Source: Candidatus Methylomirabilia bacterium (GTDB taxonomy: Bacteria > Methylomirabilota > Methylomirabilia > Rokubacteriales > CSP1-6). Taken from it: DNA of 47,832 bases. The stretch is taken from the NCBI GenBank assembly GCA_046758965.1, contig JBHIBG010000013.1:1-47832 (forward strand). The letters are read 5' to 3'. Within the stretch, counting starts at the first letter, position 1, and each line of letters begins with the position of its first letter. The translations under genes were made by a program, and so were the position numbers. Below are positions 37,302-47,792 of the stretch, in pieces. The notes beneath the pieces were generated by a model. That model saw nothing but the letters and a program-made list of their open reading frames with translations. It was not told the DNA's origin and searched no databases.

Positions 37302-38261
37302 TCAGGCCTGCCGCGGGCCCGAGGCCAAAAGATGGGCCGCCACCTGAATATCCCGGGCCACCTGGGCTCGAAGGGCTTCCGCATCGGGAAACTTCTGCTC
37401 GGCGCGAATCCGCTCCAAGAACTCCAGGCTGAGCAGCTGATCGTAGAGATCCCCCGAGAAGTTCAGCAGATGAGCCTCTACCCAGTACTCCCCTTCGCCA
37501 AAGGTGGGGCGGATGCCGACATTCACGACCGCCCCGCAGGGCTCGTCGACCACCTGACCTCCAGCCCTCTCCACGGAGGCAACAGAGGCATACACGCCCT
37601 CGGCGAGCAGGAGCTCCCGCCCAGGCTTCAGGTTCGCTGTGGGGAAGCCGAGCTCTCGGCCTCGTCCGCGACCTCTGAGCACCCGACCCCGCACAGCGTA
37701 GGGATGGCCGAGGAGTTTGCTCGCCTGCCGGAGATCGCCGGCCCGGAGCGCCCTACGGACCGCCGAGGACGAGACGGTGATCCCATCCAGCGTGAGGGGA
37801 GGGATCACATGAACGGTGACGCCCAGGTCTGGTGCCAGCTTTTTCATGAGTTCCGGGTTTCCCCTGGCGCCGTGGCCGAAGGTGTGGTTGAACCCCACCA
37901 CCACCTCGCGGGCTTTGAGCCGCCGGTGGAGGACTCCCCGGACGAACTGGTCGGCCTCTATGAGCGAGAACCCCCGCGTGAACGGGATCACCAGAGTGAT
38001 GTCCAGGCCCTGGGCGGCTATGAGGGCCAAGGTTTCGTCGAGCGTGTTGATGGGTGGAGGGGCGCGGTCCGGCTGGAGCACCTGGAGCGGGTGGGGGTCG
38101 AACGTGCAGGCCAAGGCCGTGAGACCCAACGCGCGGGCACGGGCGACGGTCGTGGAGAGGATCTTCTGATGGGCGAGGTGAATCCCGTCAAAGGCCCCGA
38201 GGGCCACCACAGTGGGCTCTATGTCAGGTGGGTAAGACTCGAGGCCGCGGATGATCTCCAT
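37302..38261 (-). CDS. ribF: Bifunctional riboflavin kinase/FAD synthetase
   Basis: GAFDGIHLAH, VSSSAVR, GRELGFPTAN, NVGIRPTF, VEAHLL. Confidence 0.96.
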   Translation of the reverse strand: MEIIRGLESYPPDIEPTVVALGAFDGIHLAHQKILSTTVARARALGLTALACTFDPHPLQVLQPDRAPPPINTLDETLALIAAQGLDITLVIPFTRGFSLIEADQFVRGVLHRRLKAREVVVGFNHTFGHGARGNPELMKKLAPDLGVTVHVIPPLTLDGITVSSSAVRRALRAGDLRQASKLLGHPYAVRGRVLRGRGRGRELGFPTANLKPGRELLLAEGVYASVASVERAGGQVVDEPCGAVVNVGIRPTFGEGEYWVEAHLLNFSGDLYDQLLSLEFLERIRAEQKFPDAEALRAQVARDIQVAAHLLASGPRQA

Positions 38262-39147
38262 GCAGGATCCGTTCGGGTTTCATGAGGCCACTCCCCTCGA
38301 CCACCGTTCCGACTCCGATAAAGGGGCCTTCGGGAGCATAGACCCGCATGCGCCCGCCCTCAGAAGCGGCAGCCGGCACCAGCCGGCCGTTGAGAAAGGC
38401 CGCCGCGGCCTCCGCCGTCAACGTCGCAGGCTCGAAGTGGGTCAGAGCCGAATCCGGCGGGAGCAGCCGATCCCAGAGGGCGCTGCCCTCGCCAGCCCCA
38501 GCCAGATCACCCCACGGGAGTGCGGTCTCACGCCCGTAGGGCCCCACTCGAATCCTGGCGAGCCGCTGGAGAGCCCCGCCGCAGCCGAGGGCCTCGCCGA
38601 TATCAGCGCAGAGCGTCCGGATGTACGCTCCCCTCCCGCACACCGCTCGGACCGTGAAGGATGGCAGATCCACTGCCTCCAATGTTAAGGCGTGAATCGT
38701 CACCGGCCGGGGCTCTCGCTCCACCGTCAGGCCCTGGCGGGCCAGCTCATAGAGGCGCTTGCCACCCCGGTGGAGGGCCGAGTACATGGGCGGAACTTGC
38801 TGGATCCGGCCGACGAAGCTGGCCAGAACCTCCCGGATCCGGTCGTCGCTCAAGGGCGGGACCTGGGCCTCCTTCAACACCGATCCGGTCAGGTCCTGGG
38901 TGTCGGTGACGACCCCGAGCCTGACCGTGGCGACGTATTCCTTCTCGTGATCGGCCAGGTACGAGGTGAGCTTGGTGGCCTCGTTGACCAGGATCGGGAG
39001 GACGCCGGACGCGGCTGGGTCCAGCGTCCCGCCGTGGCCCACCTTCGGCGCCCGGAGACGCCGGCGGAGGTGGGCGACGACCTGAAACGACGTGATGCCG
39101 GGAGGCTTATCCACGATCAGCACTCCCGAGCGACGGGCGACGGTCAT
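38224..39147 (-). CDS. truB: tRNA pseudouridine(55) synthase
   Basis: DKPPGITS, VGHGGTLDP, QVPPMYSA, GAYIRTL; ATG overlaps the nrnA stop. Confidence 0.96.
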   Translation of the reverse strand: MTVARRSGVLIVDKPPGITSFQVVAHLRRRLRAPKVGHGGTLDPAASGVLPILVNEATKLTSYLADHEKEYVATVRLGVVTDTQDLTGSVLKEAQVPPLSDDRIREVLASFVGRIQQVPPMYSALHRGGKRLYELARQGLTVEREPRPVTIHALTLEAVDLPSFTVRAVCGRGAYIRTLCADIGEALGCGGALQRLARIRVGPYGRETALPWGDLAGAGEGSALWDRLLPPDSALTHFEPATLTAEAAAAFLNGRLVPAAASEGGRMRVYAPEGPFIGVGTVVEGSGLMKPERILHGDHPRPRVLPT

Positions 39148-40130
39148 CGCCCGGACCGCTCCAGAGTCTGGGACACGGCCGCGAGGATCTTGGCCGTCAC
39201 GTCCTCGATGCCACCTTCCACGCTGCATCCGGCCGCGTTGGCGTGCCCCCCGCCCCCAAAACGCTGGGCGATGAGGTTCACCGCCACCTCGCCCTTGGCG
39301 CGGAAGTTCACTTTCACCAGCCCCCCCTCTACCGCGCGGAGCACGAGCGCCACCTTCACGCCCCTGACCGAGCGCGGGTAGGCGACAAGATCCTCAGCTT
39401 CCAGGAACGGTTCGGGGGCCACCCCGAGGGGAAGCGCGAGCCACGCCACACAGCCATCGGACGAGATCCGGATCATCTGGAGCAGCCGTGCCAAGAGCGC
39501 CAGGGACTCCGGGCGGCGTGTTTCGTAGAGCCGATTCCCCACCAGCGCAGGATCGGCCCCCCGGGCCACCAGCTCTGAAGCGGTCTGGAACGCTTTGGCC
39601 GTGGCGTTTCCGTAGCGGAACGAGCCGGTGTCAGTGTGGATGGCGGTAAACAGGTTGGTCGCCACCTCCGGGGTGACCTTGAGACTGAGGGCCTCGATAA
39701 GGTCGAACACCATCTCTCCGGTGGCGGAGGCGGCCGGGTCCACCCAGTTTACATGACCGTAGCGCTTGTTGTCAGGGTGATGATCGATGGTCACCACCCG
39801 GCTGACCGGGCCACACGCTCCCCCCAGGAGCCCGTCGGTCCTCGCCGGGTCGGGGCAATCGCAGATGATCACCAGATCGAAGGGGCCTCGGGGGGCCCGC
39901 CATTGCTGGAAGAGCGCCGAACCCGGCAGGAAGCGGAGCGGCTCCGGGACCGGGTGAGGGCCCGCCATCGTCACGGGCCAGCTGGCCTGGCCTAGGGCCA
40001 ACCCCAGCCCGAGCAGGGAACCGAGCTGGTCGCCGTCGGGGTTGACGTGACCCAGGAGGAGGACACTCCGCTCGGGGCGGCTCAGCAGCTCCAGGAGCTC
40101 CCGAGGAATGGCCGACTCGGGCTCACGCAT
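39144..40130 (-). CDS. nrnA: DHH/DHHA1 oligoribonuclease / pAp phosphatase NrnA
   Basis: HVNPDGD, IDHH, DTGSFRY, GGGGHANAAG; located between rbfA and truB. Confidence 0.9.
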   Translation of the reverse strand: MREPESAIPRELLELLSRPERSVLLLGHVNPDGDQLGSLLGLGLALGQASWPVTMAGPHPVPEPLRFLPGSALFQQWRAPRGPFDLVIICDCPDPARTDGLLGGACGPVSRVVTIDHHPDNKRYGHVNWVDPAASATGEMVFDLIEALSLKVTPEVATNLFTAIHTDTGSFRYGNATAKAFQTASELVARGADPALVGNRLYETRRPESLALLARLLQMIRISSDGCVAWLALPLGVAPEPFLEAEDLVAYPRSVRGVKVALVLRAVEGGLVKVNFRAKGEVAVNLIAQRFGGGGHANAAGCSVEGGIEDVTAKILAAVSQTLERSGR

Positions 40131-40518
40131 CGCTGCCTCCGTCGGCGGCCGCTCTGGCTTTGAGTTCGGCCAGGAGATGCTGGATGTTGGCGGCGTGGGC
40201 CAGCGATCGGTCGGCCCGGAACGAGAGCGCCGGGGTAACCCTCAGGGTGAGATGCTGCCGCAACCAGTTCCTGATGAAACCCTTGGCGCTCTCCAGGGCC
40301 GTCAGGGTTGAGCGCCACTGCTCCTCCGACCCGAGGACGGAGACATAGACCTTGGCGGTTCGCAGATCCTTGGACACCTCCACGTCCGTGACCGTGACAA
40401 ACCCGATCCGCGGATCTTTCAGCTCCCGCTGGAGGAGTCCGGAGATCTCCTCTTTTATCAACTGGTTCACTCGCTCGATTCGCTTTCCCTGCGCCACAAG
40501 CCCCTCCCCGGGCGTCAT
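40123..40518 (-). CDS. rbfA: Ribosome-binding factor A
   Basis: RIERVNQLIKEEIS, ELKDPRIGFVTVT, DLRTAKVYVS. Confidence 0.96.
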   Translation of the reverse strand: MTPGEGLVAQGKRIERVNQLIKEEISGLLQRELKDPRIGFVTVTDVEVSKDLRTAKVYVSVLGSEEQWRSTLTALESAKGFIRNWLRQHLTLRVTPALSFRADRSLAHAANIQHLLAELKARAAADGGSDA

Positions 40519-40805
40519 AGAATTTCAACTTGGACGTCGATGATGTAGCCGTCCACGACGGACTCGATGAAGTCAATAGCCTTGGAGACCACCTCGTTGG
40601 CGTGACGGGCGTCGTGGGAGAGACAGGCCACGGCCACGGTGGCGCGCTGCCAGGAGTCGTGGTGATCCACCTCGGCCACCGCCACCTCGAATCGCTGCTT
40701 CACTTTCGCTTTGAGCCCCTTGAGGACGTGACGTTTGGATTTGAGGGAGCCGGCCTCGGGAAGGTGGAGCTCTATCGTCCCCACCGCCACGCGCACCGGG
40801 CTCAC
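40515..40805 (-). CDS. ylxP: DUF503 (YlxP) family protein
   Basis: SLKSKR, FEVAVAEVDHHDSWQRA; usual infB-ylxP-rbfA position. Confidence 0.9.
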   Translation of the reverse strand: MSPVRVAVGTIELHLPEAGSLKSKRHVLKGLKAKVKQRFEVAVAEVDHHDSWQRATVAVACLSHDARHANEVVSKAIDFIESVVDGYIIDVQVEIL

Positions 40806-40904
40806 GTCACGCCTCCCGCGGGTGCCCGAGCAGAACCGGCCATGCTCCCGTGGTCATTTCCCGTGCGCCGTCAGAGCGCCTCGGCTCCCTCGGGGGATGG
40901 CGCT

Positions 40905-43391
40905 CTACAGCGTACGGGCGACCTCCTCGGTGGTGTAGGCTTCGATCACGTCACCCACCTGGACCCCGCCCACGTCGTCCACCCCGATGCCGCACTCGAG
41001 CCCCTCAGCCACCTCCCGGACATCGTCCTTGAACCGCTTGAGGGAGCTGATGGTGCCCTCGCCCAGCACGGCGCCATCGCGGCGCACCCGAACCTTGGCG
41101 TTCCGGACGATCTTCCCCTCCACCACGTAGGAGCCCAGGACGGTCCCGAGCCGGGAGATGGTAAAGAGGGCGCGCACCTCTGCCTTGCCCACGGCCACCT
41201 CTCGGATCTCCGGAGCCAGCATCCCCTCCAGGGCGGCTTTGACGTCATTGACGACCTCATAGATGACGTTGTACGTCCGGAGGTCCACACCCTCGGTCTG
41301 AGCCTGGGCGGCAACCTTTGGCTCCGGCCGCACGTTGAACCCCAGCACGACGGCGTTGGAGGCCGAGGCGAGATTGACATCGTTCTCGGTGATGGCTCCC
41401 ACCGACCCATGGATCACTTTGAGCCCCACCTCATCGGTCGACAGCCGCTCCAGCGCCTCGGTGAGCGCCTCCACCGACCCCTGGACATCGGCCTTCAGGA
41501 TCAGCCGGAACTCTTTCACCTCTCCGGCCTCAACGCGCTTGCGGAGATCGTCCAGGGTGACCCGCACGGCGGTCTTGGCCTTGGCCTTCTCGCGCTCCTG
41601 GCGCACCGTGGCGATCTGGCGGGCCTTGCGCTCGTCCTCCACCCCTTGAAGGCGGTCGCCGGCCAGGGGGACACCGGAGAGGCCGAGGATCTCTACCGGA
41701 TCGGCCGGACCGGCCTCCTTCACTTTCTTCCCCCGCTCGTCGAACATGGCCCGCACCCGGCCGTAACACTGCCCCACGACGACAGCATCGCCCTCGCGCA
41801 GGGAGCCCTGGCTGACGAGCACCGTCGCGACGGGGCCCCGCCCCCGGTCCAGCTTGGCCTCCACGATGACCCCGCGGGCCGCGCGAGCCGAATTAGCCTT
41901 GAGCTCCATGATCTCAGCTTGTAGCGCGGTCATCTCCAGAAGCTGGTCGATGCCGGTCCCCCGTTTCGCGGATGTCTCGACAACGATGGTCTGGCCTCCC
42001 CACTCCTCGGAAACGAGGCCGTGCGTGGCAAGCTCCCGCTTCGCCCGCTCCGCATCGGCCCCCGGCTTGTCGATCTTGTTGATGGCGACGATGATCGGAA
42101 CCGCGGCCGCCCTGGCGTGGTGGATCGCCTCCACCGTCTGGGGCCTCACGCCGTCATCGGCGGCGACCACCAGGATCACGACGTCGGTGGCCTGGGCGCC
42201 ACGGGCACGCATGGCCGTAAAGGCCTCGTGACCCGGAGTGTCCAGGAAGGTGACCTTGCCGTGAGCGGTCTCCACCTGGTACGCCCCGATATGCTGGGTG
42301 ATTCCTCCGAACTCCTTTTCCGCCACCTTGGTGCGGCGGATCGTGTCGAGCAGCGAGGTTTTCCCATGATCGACGTGGCCCATGACGGTAACCACCGGCG
42401 GCCGCGGACGGAGGAGCGTGGGATCCACCTCGTCCTCCACCATCTCCGCGCCCTCGAGGCTCACGATCTCCAGATCGAAGTTGAACCTGTCTGCGACCAG
42501 CTTGGCCGCGGTGGGATCCAGGATCTCGTTGAGCGTGGCCATCACACCCATCTCAATCAGGGCTTTGATCACTTCGGCAGACTTCCGCCGCATCTTCTCG
42601 GCCAGCTCCGCCACCGTCACCGATTCTGGAGCTTTGATCCGCTCGCGCTTGACCTCCACCGGTGGAGCTACCGCGGCCACCTCCTCGCGAGGTAGCGTTA
42701 CGGCAGGGGGCGCGACGGCTTCGGCCTCGAGCGTCTCCGGGGGGTGGACAACCGGGGCAGCAGGAGCCACGGCGGCGGGAGGCACCACGTGAGGGAGCAC
42801 GGGGGGTGACGGTCTGCCTCTCGGCGGTCTCGGCGGGCTGACCCGTTCGGGAGCCTTCGGGGCAGCTGGCGCAGGAGCAGGAGGAGCGGTCTTCGGTTCG
42901 GCGGGCGTCGCGACCGGAGGTGCCACCGCCACGGCCGGCTCGTCAGCCGGAACGAGGGGAGGAGCCGGCGCTTCCGGCATCGGGAGGCGAGACACGCCCG
43001 CTTCCAGCTCGACCGCTTCTTCCGGGGAGATCTCCAAGGGTTCAGGGGCGACGATGACGGCTGCTTCGGCTCCCTCTCGACCCAGCCCCCGACGCTTTCC
43101 CTTCTTGGCCGGCGCTGGCCTTTCTCCCGGAACCTTCTTCCTCGGCGCGGCCTTGACCGCCACCTCCTTGGCGGCGGCCTTGCCGGCGGCCGTCGATCTC
43201 TTGGGCTTGGCTTCTGTCGGAAGCTCGCGCCCCCGCCCGAGCTGGAGGCGGAGCTTGTTCGCGGTGGCCTGGTCGAGAGGGCTCATCGCCCGCTTGCCCT
43301 TGAGGCCCATGCCCTCCAAGGCCACCAACAGATCCTTGCTGGTGACACCCAGCTCTTTGGCCAGGTCAGTCACCTTCATCCGTCCTGCCAT
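40905..43391 (-). CDS. infB: Translation initiation factor IF-2
   Basis: [52 protein letters not shown]; Pro/Ala-rich N-terminal linker. Confidence 0.98.
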   Translation of the reverse strand: MAGRMKVTDLAKELGVTSKDLLVALEGMGLKGKRAMSPLDQATANKLRLQLGRGRELPTEAKPKRSTAAGKAAAKEVAVKAAPRKKVPGERPAPAKKGKRRGLGREGAEAAVIVAPEPLEISPEEAVELEAGVSRLPMPEAPAPPLVPADEPAVAVAPPVATPAEPKTAPPAPAPAAPKAPERVSPPRPPRGRPSPPVLPHVVPPAAVAPAAPVVHPPETLEAEAVAPPAVTLPREEVAAVAPPVEVKRERIKAPESVTVAELAEKMRRKSAEVIKALIEMGVMATLNEILDPTAAKLVADRFNFDLEIVSLEGAEMVEDEVDPTLLRPRPPVVTVMGHVDHGKTSLLDTIRRTKVAEKEFGGITQHIGAYQVETAHGKVTFLDTPGHEAFTAMRARGAQATDVVILVVAADDGVRPQTVEAIHHARAAAVPIIVAINKIDKPGADAERAKRELATHGLVSEEWGGQTIVVETSAKRGTGIDQLLEMTALQAEIMELKANSARAARGVIVEAKLDRGRGPVATVLVSQGSLREGDAVVVGQCYGRVRAMFDERGKKVKEAGPADPVEILGLSGVPLAGDRLQGVEDERKARQIATVRQEREKAKAKTAVRVTLDDLRKRVEAGEVKEFRLILKADVQGSVEALTEALERLSTDEVGLKVIHGSVGAITENDVNLASASNAVVLGFNVRPEPKVAAQAQTEGVDLRTYNVIYEVVNDVKAALEGMLAPEIREVAVGKAEVRALFTISRLGTVLGSYVVEGKIVRNAKVRVRRDGAVLGEGTISSLKRFKDDVREVAEGLECGIGVDDVGGVQVGDVIEAYTTEEVARTL

Positions 43392-43410
43392 GGTCCCCTC
43401 ATCTGTTGTC

Positions 43411-43689
43411 TCATCTCGAACCTGATTCGCCCCTCCTCAGGCTGACCGCCCATCCGAGAAACTCCTCGGAGCCCTCCACCGGCGCCCGGAACGCACGCGC
43501 CAGTCGGCCCCGCTTCAGGGCGTTCTCCACACAGCCGAGACCCGGGCACACATACGCCCCTCGCCCCGGAGTTCGGCCCGACCGATCCACCCCGACCCGC
43601 CCGTCAGCCTGCCGAACCAGCCTGACAAGAACGGCCTTCGGCAGCACCCGACGGCAGCCGACACACGTCCGAAGGGCCGCACGCCTCAC
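43411..43689 (-). CDS. ylxR: YlxR/RnpM (DUF448) RNA-binding protein
   Basis: RTCVGCR, LVRLV, GRGAYVC; between nusA and infB. Confidence 0.92.
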   Translation of the reverse strand: MRRAALRTCVGCRRVLPKAVLVRLVRQADGRVGVDRSGRTPGRGAYVCPGLGCVENALKRGRLARAFRAPVEGSEEFLGWAVSLRRGESGSR

Positions 43690-45044
43690 GCGGGCGGGGA
43701 AGTCCCCTCAGCAGGCGGCTCCTGGACACCTTTGTCTACAGTAGCCGGCTCAAACGTCGGCTCCGAAACCTGGGGGATCGCCGGGTGCTGGACCACCCAC
43801 TCCTGGGCAGCGGCCAGGAGCTTCTCAGCCTTCTTCCCCCCCACCCCCGGGACCTCCATGAGCTGCTCGAGGCCGGCTCGGACGATCCGACCAGGGGAAA
43901 AGAACCCATGGTCCACGAGCTTGTCCAAGAGCTGAGGCCCGATGCCGGGAAACCCCTGGAGCGCCGCCACCCCCTGGCGATGCTCCTCTTCTGCTCGCTG
44001 GCGTTCCTCCTCCAGCTCCGACTCGCTCTTGATGTCTATCATGGTCCCGGTGAGCTTGGCTGCCAGCCGGGCGTTCTGCCCCTTCTTGCCGATGGCCAGC
44101 GAGAGCTGGTTGTCGGGAACCACCACAAGCACCGACCGCTCCTCGCCCTCCCGGTGGGAGACCGAGGAGACCTTGGCTGGCGACAACGCGCGGGCCACAA
44201 ACGTCTCCTGCTCCGGTGACCACTCCACGATGTCGATCTTCTCCCCTCGGAGCTCCCGGCTGATCACCTGGATCCGCGTGCCGCGGAGGCCCACACACGC
44301 GCCAATGGGATCCACATTCCGCTTGGTGGACGCCACCGCCACCTTCGCTCGCTCCCCTCCCTCGCGAGCAGCGGCTTTCACCACCACGATCCCTTCGGCG
44401 ATCTCGGGAATCTCCGTCTCAAACAGCCGGGTCAGGAAGCCCGGATGAGTCCGGGAGAGCGTAATCTGAGGACCTCTGGCTGTTTTCTTCACCTCCAAGA
44501 CATAGGCACGAACCCTGTCACCAGGGTTGAAGCGCTCGCCCGGAATCTGCTCGCGCTCGGGGACGATCGCTTCGGCCTTGGCCACCTCCACGATGAGGGT
44601 CCGCCTTTCGATCCGGTGGACCACCCCGCGGACGATCTGCCCCTCCTTGCCGATGAAGTCGGCATAGATCCCCTCGCGCTCGGCCTCGCGCACCCGCTGG
44701 AGGATCACCTGCTTGGCAGTCTGAGCGGCGATTCGGCCGAAGTCGCGGGGCTGAATTTCCTGCTCCACCTCGTCGTCCAGCTGGGCATCGGGGTCGATCT
44801 GGCGCGCCTCGGCAGGGGTCATCTCCAGCTTGGCATCGGCCACGCTGGCCACCACGCGCTTCTTACAGTAGAGCTTGAGGTCGCCGCTCTGGCGGTCGAG
44901 ATGCATCCGGAGGTTGTCGGCCGCCCCCATCGTCCGCCTCGAGGCGGAGAGCAGGGCAGACTCGAGCGCCTCGAAGAGGACCTCCTTGTCGATCCCCTTC
45001 TCCCGGCCGATCTGCTCGATGACGTAGATCAGCTCTCGGTTCAT
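43686..45044 (-). CDS. nusA: Transcription elongation factor NusA with C-terminal HhH extension
   Basis: FGRIAAQTAKQVI, S1, KH domains, SLAIGKKGQNARLAAKLTG. Confidence 0.98.
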   Translation of the reverse strand: MNRELIYVIEQIGREKGIDKEVLFEALESALLSASRRTMGAADNLRMHLDRQSGDLKLYCKKRVVASVADAKLEMTPAEARQIDPDAQLDDEVEQEIQPRDFGRIAAQTAKQVILQRVREAEREGIYADFIGKEGQIVRGVVHRIERRTLIVEVAKAEAIVPEREQIPGERFNPGDRVRAYVLEVKKTARGPQITLSRTHPGFLTRLFETEIPEIAEGIVVVKAAAREGGERAKVAVASTKRNVDPIGACVGLRGTRIQVISRELRGEKIDIVEWSPEQETFVARALSPAKVSSVSHREGEERSVLVVVPDNQLSLAIGKKGQNARLAAKLTGTMIDIKSESELEEERQRAEEEHRQGVAALQGFPGIGPQLLDKLVDHGFFSPGRIVRAGLEQLMEVPGVGGKKAEKLLAAAQEWVVQHPAIPQVSEPTFEPATVDKGVQEPPAEGTSPPA

Positions 45045-45574
45045 CGCCCTGGCCCCAGCCCTCTGTCTCGTCGCTTCGGGAACGGTAGCTCGAGCCGCGC
45101 TTTGCTAACCCTCAGCCGGGGAAGCTCCCACACACGGCCCTCCGCTTCCTCCAGAACCAGCGTCTCGTCCCTCACCTCTCGGAGACAACCCGAAACCTCC
45201 ATCCGGCCATCCAGATCCTCGCGCAGCCAGCAATGAACGGCCTTGCCGATGGCCCACCGGAACTCCCGCTCCTTCCGGAGCTCCCGGTCGAGTCCGGGCG
45301 AGGAGACCTCCAGATCGTAGGCCTCCGGGATGAGCCCGGACACATCCAGGAGATCCCCCACCTCCTGGCTGAACCGCTGGCAGTCGGCGATGCTCACCCC
45401 ATCAACGGCCGCCGTTGGCTCCCGATCCTCCGAGTTGGTCCTGTCAATGTAAAAACGGAGCACCCCGCGGCGGCCCGCACCCCGCCATTCGAGATCGACG
45501 AGGCGGAGACCGTGATCCCGCAAGACGGGAGAGACCAGGGCCTCGATCTGGGCGAGTCGCTCTTCCGTAACCAT
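45041..45574 (-). CDS. rimP: Ribosome maturation factor RimP
   Basis: LRFYID, DCQRFS, YDLEVSSPGLDREL; ATG at 45574 with GAGGAG RBS. Confidence 0.95.
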   Translation of the reverse strand: MVTEERLAQIEALVSPVLRDHGLRLVDLEWRGAGRRGVLRFYIDRTNSEDREPTAAVDGVSIADCQRFSQEVGDLLDVSGLIPEAYDLEVSSPGLDRELRKEREFRWAIGKAVHCWLREDLDGRMEVSGCLREVRDETLVLEEAEGRVWELPRLRVSKARLELPFPKRRDRGLGPGR

Positions 45575-45586
45575 CTCCTCCCCAAC

Positions 45587-45609
45587 AAAAAAGTGGGCCA
45601 AGCCCACTC
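45587..45609 (-). terminator. rimP-leader hairpin (attenuator-like terminator)
   Basis: GAGUGGGC-UUG-GCCCAC-UUUUUU between the promoter and the rimP RBS, matching the known short GGGC...GCCC rimP leader. Confidence 0.8.
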
Positions 45610-45622
45610 ATTCTGAGATGTT

Positions 45623-45651
45623 AGCATACCTCTCTCCCCCGACAAGGTCAA
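45623..45651 (-). promoter_or_regulatory. sigma70 promoter of the rimP-nusA-infB operon
   Basis: TTGACC-N17-TATGCT. Confidence 0.75.
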
Positions 45652-45701
45652 CGAGACGAACCCCGCCCCGCTCGCCCCCGGGGAAGCGTTCCTTCCAGCG
45701 A

Positions 45702-47399
45702 TCAGGCGCAGCTCAGCTCACTGGCCATCTCCCTCACGGTCAAAGCCACCGCGCCCCTGGGCACCCTCCGCTCCTGCCGGCTTCGCCGGGCCCTGACCTC
45801 CACCAATCCCTCCTTCACAAAAGCTGTTCCCACGGTGACCCTGATCGGGACCCCGATCAGGTCCGCATCTTTGAACTTGACTCCCGCCCGTTCGTCCCGG
45901 TCATCCAGCAGGAGTTCGAAGCCGGCCTCGGAAAGCTCCGCACACAACTCCTCTGCCGTCCCGAGCTGGGCCCGATCCTTCACGTTCACCGGCAGGAGGT
46001 GAACCTGGAAGGGCGCGATGCTCCATGGCCACATGATCCCGTCGGCATCGTGGGACTGCTCCACCGCCGCGGCGGCGATCCGTGCCGGACCGATGCCGTA
46101 GCTCCCCATGAAAATGGGGCGCTCCTGCCCACCGTCATCCAGGAATACGGCGCGCAGGGGGACCGAGTACTTCGTGCCCAGCTTGAAGATGTTTCCTACC
46201 TCAATGACGCGCTCGACACGCAACGGGGCCTCGCACCGGGGGCAGCCCTCACCGGCCTGGACCGCGTGCAGGTCGGCAAGGCGAGCGGTGAAGTCAGACC
46301 CGGGCCGCACCCCTCTGAGGTGATAGCCGTCCCGGTTGGCGCCGACCACGTAGACCCCCTCTCGGAGGCACTCATCGGCAACGATCGTGATCCCCGCTCC
46401 GACGGGCCCGATGGAGCCGACGGAAGCTCCAAACTGGTTCCTGACCTCATCAGGATGGGCCGGACGGCACCCCGCGCCCAGCACCCGCATCAGCTTCTTC
46501 TCCTGCAGAGTCTGGTCGCCGCGCACCAGAGCGAGCACCGGCCCGTCCTTGGTCATGTAGCAGAGGGATTTGACGGTGAGGGCCGCATCGATCCCCAGGT
46601 GTGCCGACACCTCGGCGATGGTGCGGAGGCCGGGGGTGGCCACCTCCTCCCGCGCCCAGTCAGGAAACTTCGGCTTCTGGGCGATCCCCCGCGCCAGTTC
46701 CACGTTCGCCGCGTAGCCACACCGCCCGCAGAGGGCCACCTCGTCCTCCCCTGCGGGGCTCGGCGCCATGAACTCGTGGGAGCCCAACCCCCCCATCATC
46801 CCGGGATCGGACTCGACCACGCAGTAGCGGAGCCCGCACCGGTCGAAGATCCGACAGTAAGCCTGCCGGTGAGCCTCGTAGGCGCTTGCCAGCCCGGCCT
46901 CGTCGGCGTCCAGGGTGTAGGAGTCCTTCATCAAGAACTCCCGGGTCCTGAGCACACCCGAGCGGGGCCGGGCCTCGTCCCGCTCCTTCGTCTGAATCTG
47001 GTACCAGATTTGAGGAAGGTCCCGGTACGAGCGGATCTCCTTGGAGGCCAGCCAGGCGACGACTTCTTCGTGGGTCATGCCGAGGCACATCTCCCGCTGG
47101 TTGCGGTCCTTCAACCTGAACATCTCCTCACCGATCCCCTCCCACCGCCCGGACTGCTGCCAAATCTCCGCCGGGTGGAGAACGGGCATGCTGATCTCCT
47201 GGCCCCCGATCCTGTTCATCTCCTCACGGATGATGGCGTTGACCTTCTCGATCACCCGCTGGCCTAACGGCGGGTAGACGTAGATGCCCGCCGCCAGCTG
47301 ACGGACGAACCCGGCTCGCACGAGGAGCTTGTGGCTGACCGCCTCCGCCTCGGCGGGATCCTCGCGGAGGGTGGGGATCAGCGAGCGGGACCAACGCAT
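45702..47399 (-). CDS. proS: Proline-tRNA ligase (bacterial type with INS editing domain)
   Basis: SHKLLVRAG, THEE, RDEARPRSGVLRTREF, IEVGNIFKLG, MGSYGIG, GVKFKDADLIG; start MRWSRSL. Confidence 0.97.
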   Translation of the reverse strand: MRWSRSLIPTLREDPAEAEAVSHKLLVRAGFVRQLAAGIYVYPPLGQRVIEKVNAIIREEMNRIGGQEISMPVLHPAEIWQQSGRWEGIGEEMFRLKDRNQREMCLGMTHEEVVAWLASKEIRSYRDLPQIWYQIQTKERDEARPRSGVLRTREFLMKDSYTLDADEAGLASAYEAHRQAYCRIFDRCGLRYCVVESDPGMMGGLGSHEFMAPSPAGEDEVALCGRCGYAANVELARGIAQKPKFPDWAREEVATPGLRTIAEVSAHLGIDAALTVKSLCYMTKDGPVLALVRGDQTLQEKKLMRVLGAGCRPAHPDEVRNQFGASVGSIGPVGAGITIVADECLREGVYVVGANRDGYHLRGVRPGSDFTARLADLHAVQAGEGCPRCEAPLRVERVIEVGNIFKLGTKYSVPLRAVFLDDGGQERPIFMGSYGIGPARIAAAAVEQSHDADGIMWPWSIAPFQVHLLPVNVKDRAQLGTAEELCAELSEAGFELLLDDRDERAGVKFKDADLIGVPIRVTVGTAFVKEGLVEVRARRSRQERRVPRGAVALTVREMASELSCA

Positions 47400-47448
47400 G
47401 ACAGCAGCACGAGGAGTGGCCCCGGATGCCTGAGGTCCTCTCGCCCGG

Positions 47449-47772
47449 TCATCTCTCCTCGGGGGGCGAGAGAAGATAGTCAGCCCATGATCTCTTGCGC
47501 ATCGCTTCCTCAAGCCCGTTCAGGTGCTCCCGGGTGAACTGATCCATGGCCTCGTTGTACTTCGGCCGCGTCAGGGCCGCGGAGGCGAGGATCTTCCGGA
47601 TCCCCCGGAGCTGGTAGATCCCCAGGAGCCAGTTCTCGGCCGTGCAAGCGAAGTAGATCACGTGGACCCGATGCGCCAGGGCCAGCATCCACTCAGCCAT
47701 GCCGGGCTGGAGCGACGCGATCTTATCCAGGCTGAGCTCGCCATGCTTGGTCTTTCCGACGAGTCGGTCCAT
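47449..47772 (-). CDS. Hypothetical alpha-helical protein, possibly internally shortened
   Basis: GGGAG RBS, coding-like codon usage, LQPGMA...TRPKY. Confidence 0.65.
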   Translation of the reverse strand: MDRLVGKTKHGELSLDKIASLQPGMAEWMLALAHRVHVIYFACTAENWLLGIYQLRGIRKILASAALTRPKYNEAMDQFTREHLNGLEEAMRKRSWADYLLSPPEER

Positions 47773-47792
47773 GCGGTCTGTCGGACTCCCGC

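Noticed and set aside
38224..38261. 38-nt truB/ribF overlap as a possible frameshift
   Set aside because: Both proteins look complete; short overlaps are common in this operon
42650..43200. Pro/Ala/Lys-rich low-complexity stretch in infB
   Set aside because: Ordinary variable IF-2 N-terminal linker, not a repeat array
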